Made by a program: the position numbers and the translations under genes. The notes under the pieces are model-generated. The model was not told where the DNA came from, searched no databases, and saw only the letters and a list, made by a program, of their open reading frames with translations. Source: Candidatus Cloacimonadales bacterium (GTDB lineage: Bacteria; Cloacimonadota; Cloacimonadia; Cloacimonadales; JAFGVF01). Taken from it: DNA of 64,000 nt. Within the stretch, counting starts at the first letter, position 1; every line of letters begins with the position of its first letter. Where the stretch lies: assembly GCA_963667035.1 (NCBI GenBank), contig OY762964.1, positions 1,504,001 through 1,568,000 of the forward strand, in the 5' to 3' direction. Of this stretch, positions 31,653-41,392 are shown one piece after another.

Positions 31653-32876
31653 TTACCCATTAACCCGGGTTTCACCGGACTTGACTAATCCATATTTTAC
31701 AAGTACAGGACCAATCATCATTATAATAAAAGTTGTTACAGTCATCACACTGGTTATCTGTACTGACTGTTTTATATATCCTTCTGCTTCAAGATACTGA
31801 GAAGCAGCTAGAGATAAACCAATTGCAACACCTGCTTGCGATAGCAATGTGAATCCAAGATACTTCCTCGTTTTATCAGGTGCTTTTGCAACCGTGCTAC
31901 CTAACCAAGCCCCTGAATACTTACCAATCATGCTTGCTATGATATAGAACAAGACCAGCGGTAAATATGTAATTATTATCTTCGGGGCAAATCTTGATCC
32001 TATAAGCACAAAGAACCAAACATATATAGGTGGTGACCACTCGCTTAACTGCTGGTTCATCTTCTTGAGTACAAGTGGGCTTAAATTCACAAGTACTATT
32101 CCAGAACACATATTTAATAGTATTGGAGATAACTCCAAATATTCAGCTATTGCACAGTTTAATAGTATCATTCCTAATGAAAAATACATTATCATTAATC
32201 TGTCATAAGTTCTTTTACCTATTATGTATAGCACATAACCTATTGCAGAGCCTATGAGTATAGATAGCCCAACTTCCTTGCCAGCATGTAGTAATGAGCC
32301 GGCAATTGTCAGTTCTTTACTTCCAATTACAATTAATGCGACCGGAAGGGTAATTGTAAAGATTAATAATGCAAAAATATCATCTAATCCCAAAACAGCA
32401 TACAGGGTGGTAGTCATATCACCGGATGCTTTATATTGCTTTATCACATCTACTGTCCCAGCAGGAGCTGTAGCACAAGCAAAGGATCCATAGATCATTC
32501 CCATTGCCGCACTAAGATTCCAAGCTTCTCCTGTCATTCTCAAGACTAGTGTTGTTACAACTCCTACAACTATAAAGGCTGTTGTCGCTTCAAAAATGGT
32601 TATCCACACTATCATACTACCGAATTTACGAAGCTTCTTAATCCTTAATTCACCTCCGATACCAAAACCGATAAGAGATAAGGTTACGACATTGATAATA
32701 TCAAAACTCTGAAAGTGTTCTGTTTTAATTAACCCTAGAATTGCAGGTCCTATCAAAGCTCCGGCAATTATGTAGCCCAAAAGAAGAGGTGACTTTAAAA
32801 GTGATACACCTCTAGCAGTCAAGGCTGATAATAGCAGTGTCACAGCCAGAAAAAGAAATACTTCAGGTAACGGCAT
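31653..32876 (-). CDS. cation:proton antiporter (CPA2-like)
   Basis: About 12 hydrophobic segments; ATAPA, LDD and QAGVAIGL motifs. Confidence 0.88.
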   Translation of the reverse strand: MPLPEVFLFLAVTLLLSALTARGVSLLKSPLLLGYIIAGALIGPAILGLIKTEHFQSFDIINVVTLSLIGFGIGGELRIKKLRKFGSMIVWITIFEATTAFIVVGVVTTLVLRMTGEAWNLSAAMGMIYGSFACATAPAGTVDVIKQYKASGDMTTTLYAVLGLDDIFALLIFTITLPVALIVIGSKELTIAGSLLHAGKEVGLSILIGSAIGYVLYIIGKRTYDRLMIMYFSLGMILLNCAIAEYLELSPILLNMCSGIVLVNLSPLVLKKMNQQLSEWSPPIYVWFFVLIGSRFAPKIIITYLPLVLFYIIASMIGKYSGAWLGSTVAKAPDKTRKYLGFTLLSQAGVAIGLSLAASQYLEAEGYIKQSVQITSVMTVTTFIIMMIGPVLVKYGLVKSGETRVNG

Positions 32877-32879
32877 CAG

Positions 32880-33335
32880 CTAGTTTTCACTAATTAGATT
32901 AAATATTTCTTTTGAGTCTTTAGCTTTCATGAGCTTTTTTCTAAGCTTCTGATCTTTTAACCTGAGTACAAGTCTGGATAATAATCTGATGTATTCTTTA
33001 TCTTGTGTATCTGATGCACCAATCATGAAGATTAAATTAACAGGTTTATCATCAATTGATTCATACTCAATTCCGTCTTTTACTCGTCCAAGAGCAATTG
33101 TAAAATCAGTTACGCCTTTCAACTTTGCGTGTGGTACTGCAATACCGTAACCGATACCGGTACTCATTAGCTTCTCACGTTTGTAAATTGCATTTTCAAA
33201 TGCTTTCTTATCAACTATTTTGGAGCTTTTACTGATAAGCTCAAGCATCTCTTTCAATGCTCCCTCTTTATCGGTAGCTTCAAGGTCAGTAATCATTTCC
33301 ACGGACATATAATCTGATATGATTATTCTTTCCAT
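32880..33335 (-). CDS. PTS EIIA (Ntr/Fru-type) domain protein
   Basis: RE..MSTGIG.GIAVPHA with the phosphorylatable His. Confidence 0.9.
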   Translation of the reverse strand: MERIIISDYMSVEMITDLEATDKEGALKEMLELISKSSKIVDKKAFENAIYKREKLMSTGIGYGIAVPHAKLKGVTDFTIALGRVKDGIEYESIDDKPVNLIFMIGASDTQDKEYIRLLSRLVLRLKDQKLRKKLMKAKDSKEIFNLISEN

Positions 33336-33438
33336 AGTACGTCTCCTTAGAGTTTTTTTCTATCTTTATTAACAAGAGATAATGTCAATCTATATTTCCA
33401 ACTCAATGATTAGTCTATGAATCTCCGGTTCTCATTAA

Positions 33439-33520
33439 CTCTTATTTAACTTATGGATCGCCCCCGGATCTCTCTTGCGTTGCAAGGATACCCAAGAGTA
33501 AGCCAAGAAAGACCAAAAGG
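33439..33520. repeat. degenerate 11-bp-phased inverted repeat element E
   Basis: CTCTTAT 33439, CTTATGG 33450, CCCCCGG 33461, CTCTTGC 33472; then GCAAGGA 33482, CCAAGAG 33492, CCAAGAA 33503, CCAAAAG 33513. Confidence 0.55.
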
Positions 33521-33557
33521 AAGATTATTCATTACAATATTAGTGGATAATAGCAAT

Positions 33558-33586
33558 AAAAAAAGGTCATCACAGGTGATGACCTA
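33558..33586 (-). terminator. intrinsic terminator after the tRNA cluster
   Basis: AGGTCATCAC-AG-GTGATGACCT hairpin preceded on the plus strand by an A-run. Confidence 0.8.
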
Positions 33587-33593
33587 AAATTTA

Positions 33594-33669
33594 TGGTGGG
33601 CGCTAAGGGACTTGAACCCCTGACCACCTGCTTGTAAGGCAGGCGCTCTCCCAACTGAGCTAAACGCCC
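33594..33669 (-). tRNA. tRNA-Val (TAC)
   Basis: GGGCGTTTAGCTCAGTTGGGAGAGCGCCTGCCTTACAAGCAGG...TTCAAGTCCC...ACCA; CCA encoded. Confidence 0.97.
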
Positions 33670-33683
33670 GAATTAATAAAAGA

Positions 33684-33759
33684 TGGTGGGCGCTAAGGGA
33701 CTTGAACCCCTGACCACCTGCTTGTAAGGCAGGCGCTCTCCCAACTGAGCTAAACGCCC
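33684..33759 (-). tRNA. tRNA-Val (TAC), identical copy
   Basis: Same 76-nt sequence as 33594-33669. Confidence 0.97.
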
Positions 33760-33783
33760 ATCTTTTATAAATCACTCTATATC

Positions 33784-33862
<79 letters not shown>

Positions 33863-33954
33863 ACGTGATGTTTAGCCAACATCTACATCAGCGTTATGAT
33901 GTCAAGTAGAAATATTAAATTATTTTGCTTTTATTAACACTCTCTTCCCGCTTA

Positions 33955-35670
33955 TCATAATAAATTACGTGTATACAAAGTTTTATAGTATCCATCCATA
34001 TTCAGAAGATCTTCGTGACTTCCTTGTTCAATCAGTTTACCACTTCTCAGAACATATATCCAATCGGCATTTCTCACAGTAGATAATCTATGGGCAATGA
34101 TTATTGTGGTTCTGTTCACCGACAATTCTTCCATTGATTTTTGAATCAAAGACTCTGATTCTGTATCTAATGAAGATGTTGCTTCATCGAATATGAGTAC
34201 CGGAGGATTCTTTAAAAATGCCCTGGCAATAGAAACTCTTTGTTTTTGTCCACCGGACAACTTTACTCCTCTCTCCCCTACAAGTGTATCAAATCCATCC
34301 GGTAATGTCATGATAAAGTCATAGATGTTAGCTTTCTTGGCACAATCAATGAGTTCATCTTCTGAGGCTTCGGGATTACCATATAATATATTCTCTCTGA
34401 TTGTAGTATCGAATAGGAAAACATTTTGTTGAACAATGCCAATACTCTCGCGAAGGGAACGTATCTTGAACTTAGCTATATCTTTATCGTCGAGTCTAAT
34501 TGTTCCCTCATCAACTTCATAGAATCTTGGGATAAGAGATACAAGAGTCGATTTTCCGGCTCCTGATTCACCAACAACAGCAATTGTCTTTCCTGCTGGC
34601 ATAGTCATAGATATGTCATTTATCACAATATCCTTTGTCCCATCATACTTAAAAGTAACATTCTTAAATTCAATCTTGCCAGCTACATTAGTTGCTTTAA
34701 CAGCATTTGCAACATCTTTGATATCCGGTTCTATATCCATTATTTCAGTGAATCTTTCGAAAGCTGTTGTCCCTTGCTGATATTGCTCAACAAAGTTAAT
34801 AAGTCTTTTAATTGGATCAAGAATGAAGTTTATATAAAGAATAAAACTGATGAGGTCTGCCGCATCAAGTTGATTTCTAAGTATAAGATATGTTCCACCG
34901 CCTACAACTGTACCATAATATACATCCGTGAGGAAATTCATTCCGGTAAAGAATGTAGCCATTAATGTATACATTCTCTCTTTAGCTTTTTTAAACAGTC
35001 TGTTAACTTCTCCAAACTTAGCTATTTCAAGATCTTCTTTGGCAAAAGACTTAACCTCTCTTATTCCAACAACCGAATTCTCAACACTACTATTCATGTC
35101 CGCTATCCTAGCTCTAACATCCCTGAAACCGGCTTTCATTCTACGACCAAGTGTAAAGCCCCAAATGAGTAAGAAAGGTAATGGGATAAGAGAAATCCAA
35201 GCTAAACGAGAATTGAAGTAAAACATGAATATGAAAGAGCCTATAATCATGAAAACTGATATTATCAAGTCTTCCGGACCATGATGAGCGACTTCTGCAA
35301 TCATATTCAAATCGTTTGTAATACGAGACATTATATGACCTGTCTTCGTATTATCATAATAAGTAAAAGAGAGTTTTTGAAGATGTTGGAAAATATGCTT
35401 TCGCATATCTGCTTCCATTCTAACTCCAAGAATATGACCCCATTTTACTCGAATGAAATTGAAGATTGCTCTAAACATCCATACTACTCCCATAATTATG
35501 AAAGCAATTGTAATCATTCTTGTATCTTTTTCAGGGATATAGAACTTGAGAAGATTACGAGTTATCATAGGGAAAAAGATTCCCATAATTGAACTTAAAA
35601 TAGCAGCTGTCATATCCAAAACAAATAAATGGATATGGGGCTTGTAATACGAGATAAACCTTTTTAGCAT
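33955..35670 (-). CDS. ABC transporter, fused permease/ATP-binding (type IV exporter)
   Basis: TM domain plus GESGAGKST, LSGGQKQR, DEATS and IAHRLST motifs. Confidence 0.93.
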   Translation of the reverse strand: MLKRFISYYKPHIHLFVLDMTAAILSSIMGIFFPMITRNLLKFYIPEKDTRMITIAFIIMGVVWMFRAIFNFIRVKWGHILGVRMEADMRKHIFQHLQKLSFTYYDNTKTGHIMSRITNDLNMIAEVAHHGPEDLIISVFMIIGSFIFMFYFNSRLAWISLIPLPFLLIWGFTLGRRMKAGFRDVRARIADMNSSVENSVVGIREVKSFAKEDLEIAKFGEVNRLFKKAKERMYTLMATFFTGMNFLTDVYYGTVVGGGTYLILRNQLDAADLISFILYINFILDPIKRLINFVEQYQQGTTAFERFTEIMDIEPDIKDVANAVKATNVAGKIEFKNVTFKYDGTKDIVINDISMTMPAGKTIAVVGESGAGKSTLVSLIPRFYEVDEGTIRLDDKDIAKFKIRSLRESIGIVQQNVFLFDTTIRENILYGNPEASEDELIDCAKKANIYDFIMTLPDGFDTLVGERGVKLSGGQKQRVSIARAFLKNPPVLIFDEATSSLDTESESLIQKSMEELSVNRTTIIIAHRLSTVRNADWIYVLRSGKLIEQGSHEDLLNMDGYYKTLYTRNLL

Positions 35671-36716
35671 AACTTTTCTATTTCCTCTATTATTGAATTA
35701 ATAATTAATTCAGAAAAGGAAATAGGATAAACCGTTACTTCTGCATTTGCCCCTTTAAAAAGGATTAAATTGAGAGAATCTGTAGCTTTTTTATCAGTCA
35801 TAAGTATTTCCCTTCCTAAATCCTTTATTTTTGATATGATGTTAGGGTCAAGAAATACTGTTAAAGGAATTTTATTTAACTTTGTACGGATACTTTTTTC
35901 TATTCTTTCATCAATCAATTCCAGCTTATAGCTGATACTCAGTGCTATCCTCATACCAATTGCCACTGCCACACCATGCGGTATTTGATAATCACTAACA
36001 ACTTCAAGTAAATGTGCAAATGTGTGACCAAGATTAAGCTTTCTTCGATCTCCCCTATCATATAGGTCATTCTCACAAATTGAAAGTTTAAGAGTTACTG
36101 TCTGTTTAATAAGCTCTTTAGAAAATCCGATCATAAACACATTACTATCAATGACAATTCTATCACTGATAAACGACATTTTAAGAATCTCATATAGCCC
36201 GTTCAAACCTTCCGTTAAAGGGAGAGTATCTAGAAAATCATGACAATATACAACCTTTTCGGCAGGATAGAAAGTTCCAATCAGGTTTTTGCTATTTGAA
36301 TGATTAACTGCTGTTTTCCCTCCTATTCCTGCATCTACCATAGCAATTACAGTTGTAGGAACCAACCATAATCTACAGCCTCTCTTAAAAGTTGATGCAC
36401 AATAAGCAACTAAATCAGTTGTTATACCTCCACCTATTGCACAAATAACAGAGTTACGCTTAACATTATTACTATTAAGAAATCTGTAGATTTTTTGAAC
36501 TGTTTCTAAGCTCTTAGAACTCTCTGACGCTTGATACAAGTAAACAGGATTAATTTCCAAATTTTGAAGTAACTTCGAGTTCTTAGTAGCCACATTCTCA
36601 TCAATAACAAAAACAATCTCCTTCTCAGATAGAAGGAGATTGCTTAAATCTATAATCCGAGATTCTACTATCTCAGTTTTGTATTCTTCAGGATGCAATC
36701 TAAATTCTCTATTCAT
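35664..36716 (-). CDS. aroB: 3-dehydroquinate synthase family protein
   Basis: GGGITTD, VPTT..AMVDA.IGGKTAVN, KNLIGTFY, LNLGHTFAH and HG.AVAIG motifs. Confidence 0.8.
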   Translation of the reverse strand: MNREFRLHPEEYKTEIVESRIIDLSNLLLSEKEIVFVIDENVATKNSKLLQNLEINPVYLYQASESSKSLETVQKIYRFLNSNNVKRNSVICAIGGGITTDLVAYCASTFKRGCRLWLVPTTVIAMVDAGIGGKTAVNHSNSKNLIGTFYPAEKVVYCHDFLDTLPLTEGLNGLYEILKMSFISDRIVIDSNVFMIGFSKELIKQTVTLKLSICENDLYDRGDRRKLNLGHTFAHLLEVVSDYQIPHGVAVAIGMRIALSISYKLELIDERIEKSIRTKLNKIPLTVFLDPNIISKIKDLGREILMTDKKATDSLNLILFKGANAEVTVYPISFSELIINSIIEEIEKLC

Positions 36717-39265
36717 TATCTAATCAGAGCTATTTTCCCTTTAGCAACATCTCCACTACCGGTAATTACATAAAAATAGATACCGGAACTACATTTGTTT
36801 CCTGCTTTGTTGGTTCCATCCCAAGTAAATCTCTTCTCAACACTAAGATTAAGAGTTACTACTAGATCACCACCGGTGTCATATATCCTACATTCATCAT
36901 ATGAATCAGGAAAAGTATAAACATTACTGTTAGCTAAGTCTTTATTATCACTGTTTACAATCATTAATGGTGTTGTTGTTTCATCAGGATAGTAGGGATT
37001 AGGATAAGCAATTGTTTGAATAAACTCTTTTTGCTCATTCTGAGTCACACCAATAATAAATGAACTCAATCCGTCAGAACTACCGACAAACAATCTTCCG
37101 GAGACAGGATCATAACCAAAATCCGTTACATCATTAGAAATCATCTTTGTATTAGAAACAGAATAGTTAGTAAATCTCTCAGAATAAGGATCAAAGGAAC
37201 TCATACCATGCCCGTTTGACCCAATCCATAATCTTCCAAAAGGATCGAAGAACAATGAAAGTGTTTCGGCTTCATTGGAACCGAACAATCTCTCTTCATC
37301 TTCATAATAGAGATCACTCTGATTATAATACCAAGAATACCCGTTCCATCTTTCCCTTTTTATGTTTGTTCCCCATTTATACCAACCTTTGTCTGTTCCG
37401 TTACTACTTATGTATGTAAACAATCCTGTATTTGTCGCAAACCAAGTTTGTGATCTACCAAATGAATCTATAAATGTTTCCATTGCATTCATAGTGCAAT
37501 TTCTTAACTCAGGAATCTCAGCTATATTCCAATATTGCAAAGAATCTACTTCAGGAGGATTAGTTCCTTCCCAATAGTAAACCTTACCATTATCTTCCAG
37601 AGTTCTATTCACTGCAAAATAATATCTATCTCTTGATTGGATTGAATATGTTACTTTCTGACCATCATTAACATCGATTCTCACATCTCTAATCTTATTA
37701 ATCTTATAGTCATTTGTGGCATTGGGGCTGTAAACAGAAAGACCTACATCATAACAATTTACAATAATGTTATCGTTGCTATCTTTCATTATATACGGTA
37801 TTGTTGAGCCTCCGCATCCATTATTATTATCCAAGAGTACAAAGTCTTCTTCAATAACGTCATAAATGCTCACATTACCCGGCAAGAGTCGATACCAAAC
37901 ATTATCATCTCCTGAATCATCAAGGATACTAATACCTCCAACCCATCCGTACTCATTGTTACTGGATGCAGACCATGCTCCGAACCACTTTCTGTTTTCT
38001 GAATCAACGGCAATAGTATTAATATTATCACTATTAATTTGAGAGTTCTTTACATTGTAAGTTATCCATTTCTCTCCATCAAATGAGCTTACACCTCTTG
38101 TTCCTTTCTTTGTCTTTGAATCTCCCCATGTACCTGCACAAAACCATAATGTGTTATTATTATCTGTGGAAATACTCTTGATTGAATTAAAGCCTATACA
38201 ATCCTCGGCAAGTTGTTCCCATTTTCCTTCATCAAAGATGAGTAATCCTTCTCCCCAAGTTGCTAAGCATAATTTACCTTCAAACTCTTTAATCCTACGA
38301 ATATCTTTAGTTATTAAACCATTTTCTCCAGTCTTGTATGTAAAAAGCACATTTCCTGTACTATTCAATTTACATAAAGCATAATCGGAACTCTCTTGAT
38401 AACTCATTGTATCTTCGTCCCAAATTCCAAGACTTAACCAAATCTGATTCTCTTCATCAATGTATATAGTTGAGACTGGCGGTTGATTCATTTCTTCGAT
38501 TCTCGTAACAACATTGTAATGTTGCTTTGTGGGGAATCCAGATACAATCATAGCTCCCTTATTAGTTCCTATTGCAATATATCCATTTCTTGATGAAATA
38601 CTTGTAACATCATTTGAAGGAAGCAATGAATTTTCGAAAGTCCAGCTATGCCAAGCAGAAGAGTAATCTAAAGAATCTCGATGAACATAATTAACTCCTG
38701 ATGAAGTCCCTAAGACTAAGTAATTATCATCTGTCATAATCATATCCCTGATATTAGAGCTTATCAATTCTTCATCATAAGAGCTCATTAAGAGTGGAAA
38801 TGATAAACCTTCATAGCTGTTATAAATACACAATCCGGCATTCGTAGCTACATAGAAATAGTCGTCTAAAAGTACACTTGTAACTTTGTTTGATAGAAGT
38901 CCTAACTTATCTTGATCAATTAACGTGACCCTATTTGACTCATCTAAAGTATTTATTCCTTCGTTATATGCACTCATCCACACCGATTTAGAGTTATTAT
39001 CGTATGTAACTGTTCTTAAATCGTTTGTTGACAAACCGTCTATGTTGTTGTAAGTTTTCTGATGTATACAGTTGTCTCTCGTAAAAGCACTTTGAATAGT
39101 GTACTCGACCAACCCACCCCAAGTAGCAATGTATAACTTACTATTTTCAACTGTAAAATCATGAATATGAGTTGTATTAGTATATGATCTCCAACTATTG
39201 TTATCTACAGCATAACAAATTGTAAGTATCACTATTATCAGTATTGTTATTGTAGTCTTTTTCAT
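36716..39265 (-). CDS. PorZ-like two-beta-propeller secreted protein with a C-terminal sorting/FlgD-like domain
   Basis: Signal peptide, repeated ...W.GT..GL blades, C-terminal AYPNPY...WDGTN..G....SGIYFY...GKIALIR. Confidence 0.7.
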   Translation of the reverse strand: MKKTTITILIIVILTICYAVDNNSWRSYTNTTHIHDFTVENSKLYIATWGGLVEYTIQSAFTRDNCIHQKTYNNIDGLSTNDLRTVTYDNNSKSVWMSAYNEGINTLDESNRVTLIDQDKLGLLSNKVTSVLLDDYFYVATNAGLCIYNSYEGLSFPLLMSSYDEELISSNIRDMIMTDDNYLVLGTSSGVNYVHRDSLDYSSAWHSWTFENSLLPSNDVTSISSRNGYIAIGTNKGAMIVSGFPTKQHYNVVTRIEEMNQPPVSTIYIDEENQIWLSLGIWDEDTMSYQESSDYALCKLNSTGNVLFTYKTGENGLITKDIRRIKEFEGKLCLATWGEGLLIFDEGKWEQLAEDCIGFNSIKSISTDNNNTLWFCAGTWGDSKTKKGTRGVSSFDGEKWITYNVKNSQINSDNINTIAVDSENRKWFGAWSASSNNEYGWVGGISILDDSGDDNVWYRLLPGNVSIYDVIEEDFVLLDNNNGCGGSTIPYIMKDSNDNIIVNCYDVGLSVYSPNATNDYKINKIRDVRIDVNDGQKVTYSIQSRDRYYFAVNRTLEDNGKVYYWEGTNPPEVDSLQYWNIAEIPELRNCTMNAMETFIDSFGRSQTWFATNTGLFTYISSNGTDKGWYKWGTNIKRERWNGYSWYYNQSDLYYEDEERLFGSNEAETLSLFFDPFGRLWIGSNGHGMSSFDPYSERFTNYSVSNTKMISNDVTDFGYDPVSGRLFVGSSDGLSSFIIGVTQNEQKEFIQTIAYPNPYYPDETTTPLMIVNSDNKDLANSNVYTFPDSYDECRIYDTGGDLVVTLNLSVEKRFTWDGTNKAGNKCSSGIYFYVITGSGDVAKGKIALIR

Positions 39266-40314
39266 TTTTTAGACTCCCTTTTTAAAGTAGAATATAGTAC
39301 TATCATAATTATTAGCAGTAATAGTACTAGAACCGAGAGCAATATTCTCTTCGATGAGAATGAAAAACCTAGTGCTATTAAACCAAACAAAAGAGTAAAC
39401 AAGTATGAGATATAAGAGATGGCTTTATGAGACAATCCATGATTAAGCAATATATGATGGAAATGCTCTTTATCAGCTGAGAAAATGTGTCTTTTTTCTT
39501 TTATTCTTCTAAATACAGCTAAAAAAGTATCTAATAATGGCACTCCCATTACAGTAATGGGTATTATCAGAGTTATTGCTGTTATACCTTTTAATTGTCC
39601 GGTTCCAATCGTAGCAATAGAGGCTAAATTCATTCCAATGAACATGCTTCCGGTATCACCCATGAATATCTTTGCCGGATAGAAATTGTCTTTTAAGAAT
39701 GCAGTGCATCCGGCGATTAATACCATTGATAAATACATGACATAGATATTGTTATACTTCACTCCTACAAGAAATAATATTGTTGATGCTACACTGCCTA
39801 TCCCCGAAGCTAACCCATCAATCCCATCAATTAGATTAATTGAGTTAATTAGTAATAAATACCAGAATACTGTAACGGGAAACGACAGATATCCTAATTG
39901 AATTTCTGCTCCTAATGGATTGGTTAACTCCATTATTCTAAATCCTGTAAAATATAGAAAAACTGCTAATATAGCTTGATATATAAGTTTTGTATAAGCA
40001 TTCACTTTAAATCTGTCATCAATTATTCCAAGAATCATAACCCATAGACCACTTACAGCTAAGGCTCCCACTTGATTCTTGTATTCAAAATCAGGATAAA
40101 CTAAGTAGAAGATAAATTGAGCTAATATAACTGGAATTCCAAAGGCTAAACCACCTCCGCTTGGTATTGGTATCTTATGAACTTTTCTATGTTCAGGCTT
40201 ATCAACTATACCTATTAGTGTTACAAGCTTTCGTGTTATAGGAAGTAAAACGAGTGTTAAAACGAAAACACCTATAAATATGCTTATAAACTTAACAATC
40301 TCTATATAATTCAA
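39262..40314 (-). CDS. undecaprenyl-phosphate GlcNAc-1-phosphate transferase (WecA/TagO, MraY family)
   Basis: GIIDD, NSINLIDGIDGL, IFMGDTGS and D.EHFHH motifs. Confidence 0.9.
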   Translation of the reverse strand: MNYIEIVKFISIFIGVFVLTLVLLPITRKLVTLIGIVDKPEHRKVHKIPIPSGGGLAFGIPVILAQFIFYLVYPDFEYKNQVGALAVSGLWVMILGIIDDRFKVNAYTKLIYQAILAVFLYFTGFRIMELTNPLGAEIQLGYLSFPVTVFWYLLLINSINLIDGIDGLASGIGSVASTILFLVGVKYNNIYVMYLSMVLIAGCTAFLKDNFYPAKIFMGDTGSMFIGMNLASIATIGTGQLKGITAITLIIPITVMGVPLLDTFLAVFRRIKEKRHIFSADKEHFHHILLNHGLSHKAISYISYLFTLLFGLIALGFSFSSKRILLSVLVLLLLIIMIVLYSTLKRESKK

Positions 40315-41392
40315 GATAACCTTCTACCATTTTTTCTAAAGAGAAATTCTCTGAAACAAAGTTGTGGGCATTCTGACCCATATTTTTGACTAAATCGGGA
40401 TTTTCTATTAATCTAATTAGTAACTCTGATAAACCTATGTAATCCCTTGGTTTGTATAAATATCCCGTCATATCTTTTACCACAACTTCTCTAACTCCAA
40501 TTATATCAGTACCAATAGTCGGTAACCCGGAGTAAGCGGCTTCTAGAAATGAAAGAGGTAATGCTTCATACAGTGAACTGGAGCAGAAAACATTTGAATC
40601 ATCCAGAACTTCAGAAACATCATCTCTCCATCCCAACAGTTCTACATTATCCTGTAAATTCCATTTCTGTATGTATTGATCACACATATCGGTTAACTCG
40701 CCGTCTCCAACAAATTTTGCCTTGATCCTATACCCTCTTTTTACAACTAGATTAATAGCTTTAAGTATTGTAATTGGATCTTTCTGAAAATCTAATCTTC
40801 CTAAGAAAACCAATGAAATCTCTTTATCATAGTTATCTTTTACTCTTAGTTTATTTATATCAATACCATTATATATGGTAACTAACTTCTTCAAAGTAAA
40901 CCAAAAGGTTTTACGATAGCCCCTATTGACCAAAACAAGCTTATCACAATATCTTGATGCATACATTTCGCAAAGATAATAAACTACTTTCTTCCATAAT
41001 TTTTCATAAGGATGAAATGCAATCCCATGCATAGTGTGAATGATACGTTTGACTCCTACTTTTCTAGCTAATATTCTACCGATAATCCCCATTTTGGAAG
41101 TATGGGTATGCACAATATCAAACTCTTCTCTTTTTAATATATCCTTCACCTGCTTAAAAACTGAGATATCTTTGATATTTACTTCTCGTTTCAAACCTTT
41201 AATCAAATGAACAGTTACACCTAGCTCTTGAGACTTACTAATTAGTGATTCCTCTCTTTGATATGGATCGTCTGAGCAAATCAGATGAACATCAAACTTA
41301 TTTTTATCCAGTTCCTTAAAAATATTATATGTTACCCTCTGGACACCGGACATAATAGGAAGCAATTGTATATGTACTATTTTCGTCTTCAT
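40292..41392 (-). CDS. glycosyltransferase family 4
   Basis: DIVHTHTSK, IYNGID, GRLDFQKD and EALP.SFLEA motifs. Confidence 0.9.
   Translation of the reverse strand: MKTKIVHIQLLPIMSGVQRVTYNIFKELDKNKFDVHLICSDDPYQREESLISKSQELGVTVHLIKGLKREVNIKDISVFKQVKDILKREEFDIVHTHTSKMGIIGRILARKVGVKRIIHTMHGIAFHPYEKLWKKVVYYLCEMYASRYCDKLVLVNRGYRKTFWFTLKKLVTIYNGIDINKLRVKDNYDKEISLVFLGRLDFQKDPITILKAINLVVKRGYRIKAKFVGDGELTDMCDQYIQKWNLQDNVELLGWRDDVSEVLDDSNVFCSSSLYEALPLSFLEAAYSGLPTIGTDIIGVREVVVKDMTGYLYKPRDYIGLSELLIRLIENPDLVKNMGQNAHNFVSENFSLEKMVEGYLELYRDC

Noticed and set aside
33584..33775. 63-aa ORF with an internal repeat
   Set aside because: It is the translation of the two tRNA-Val genes.
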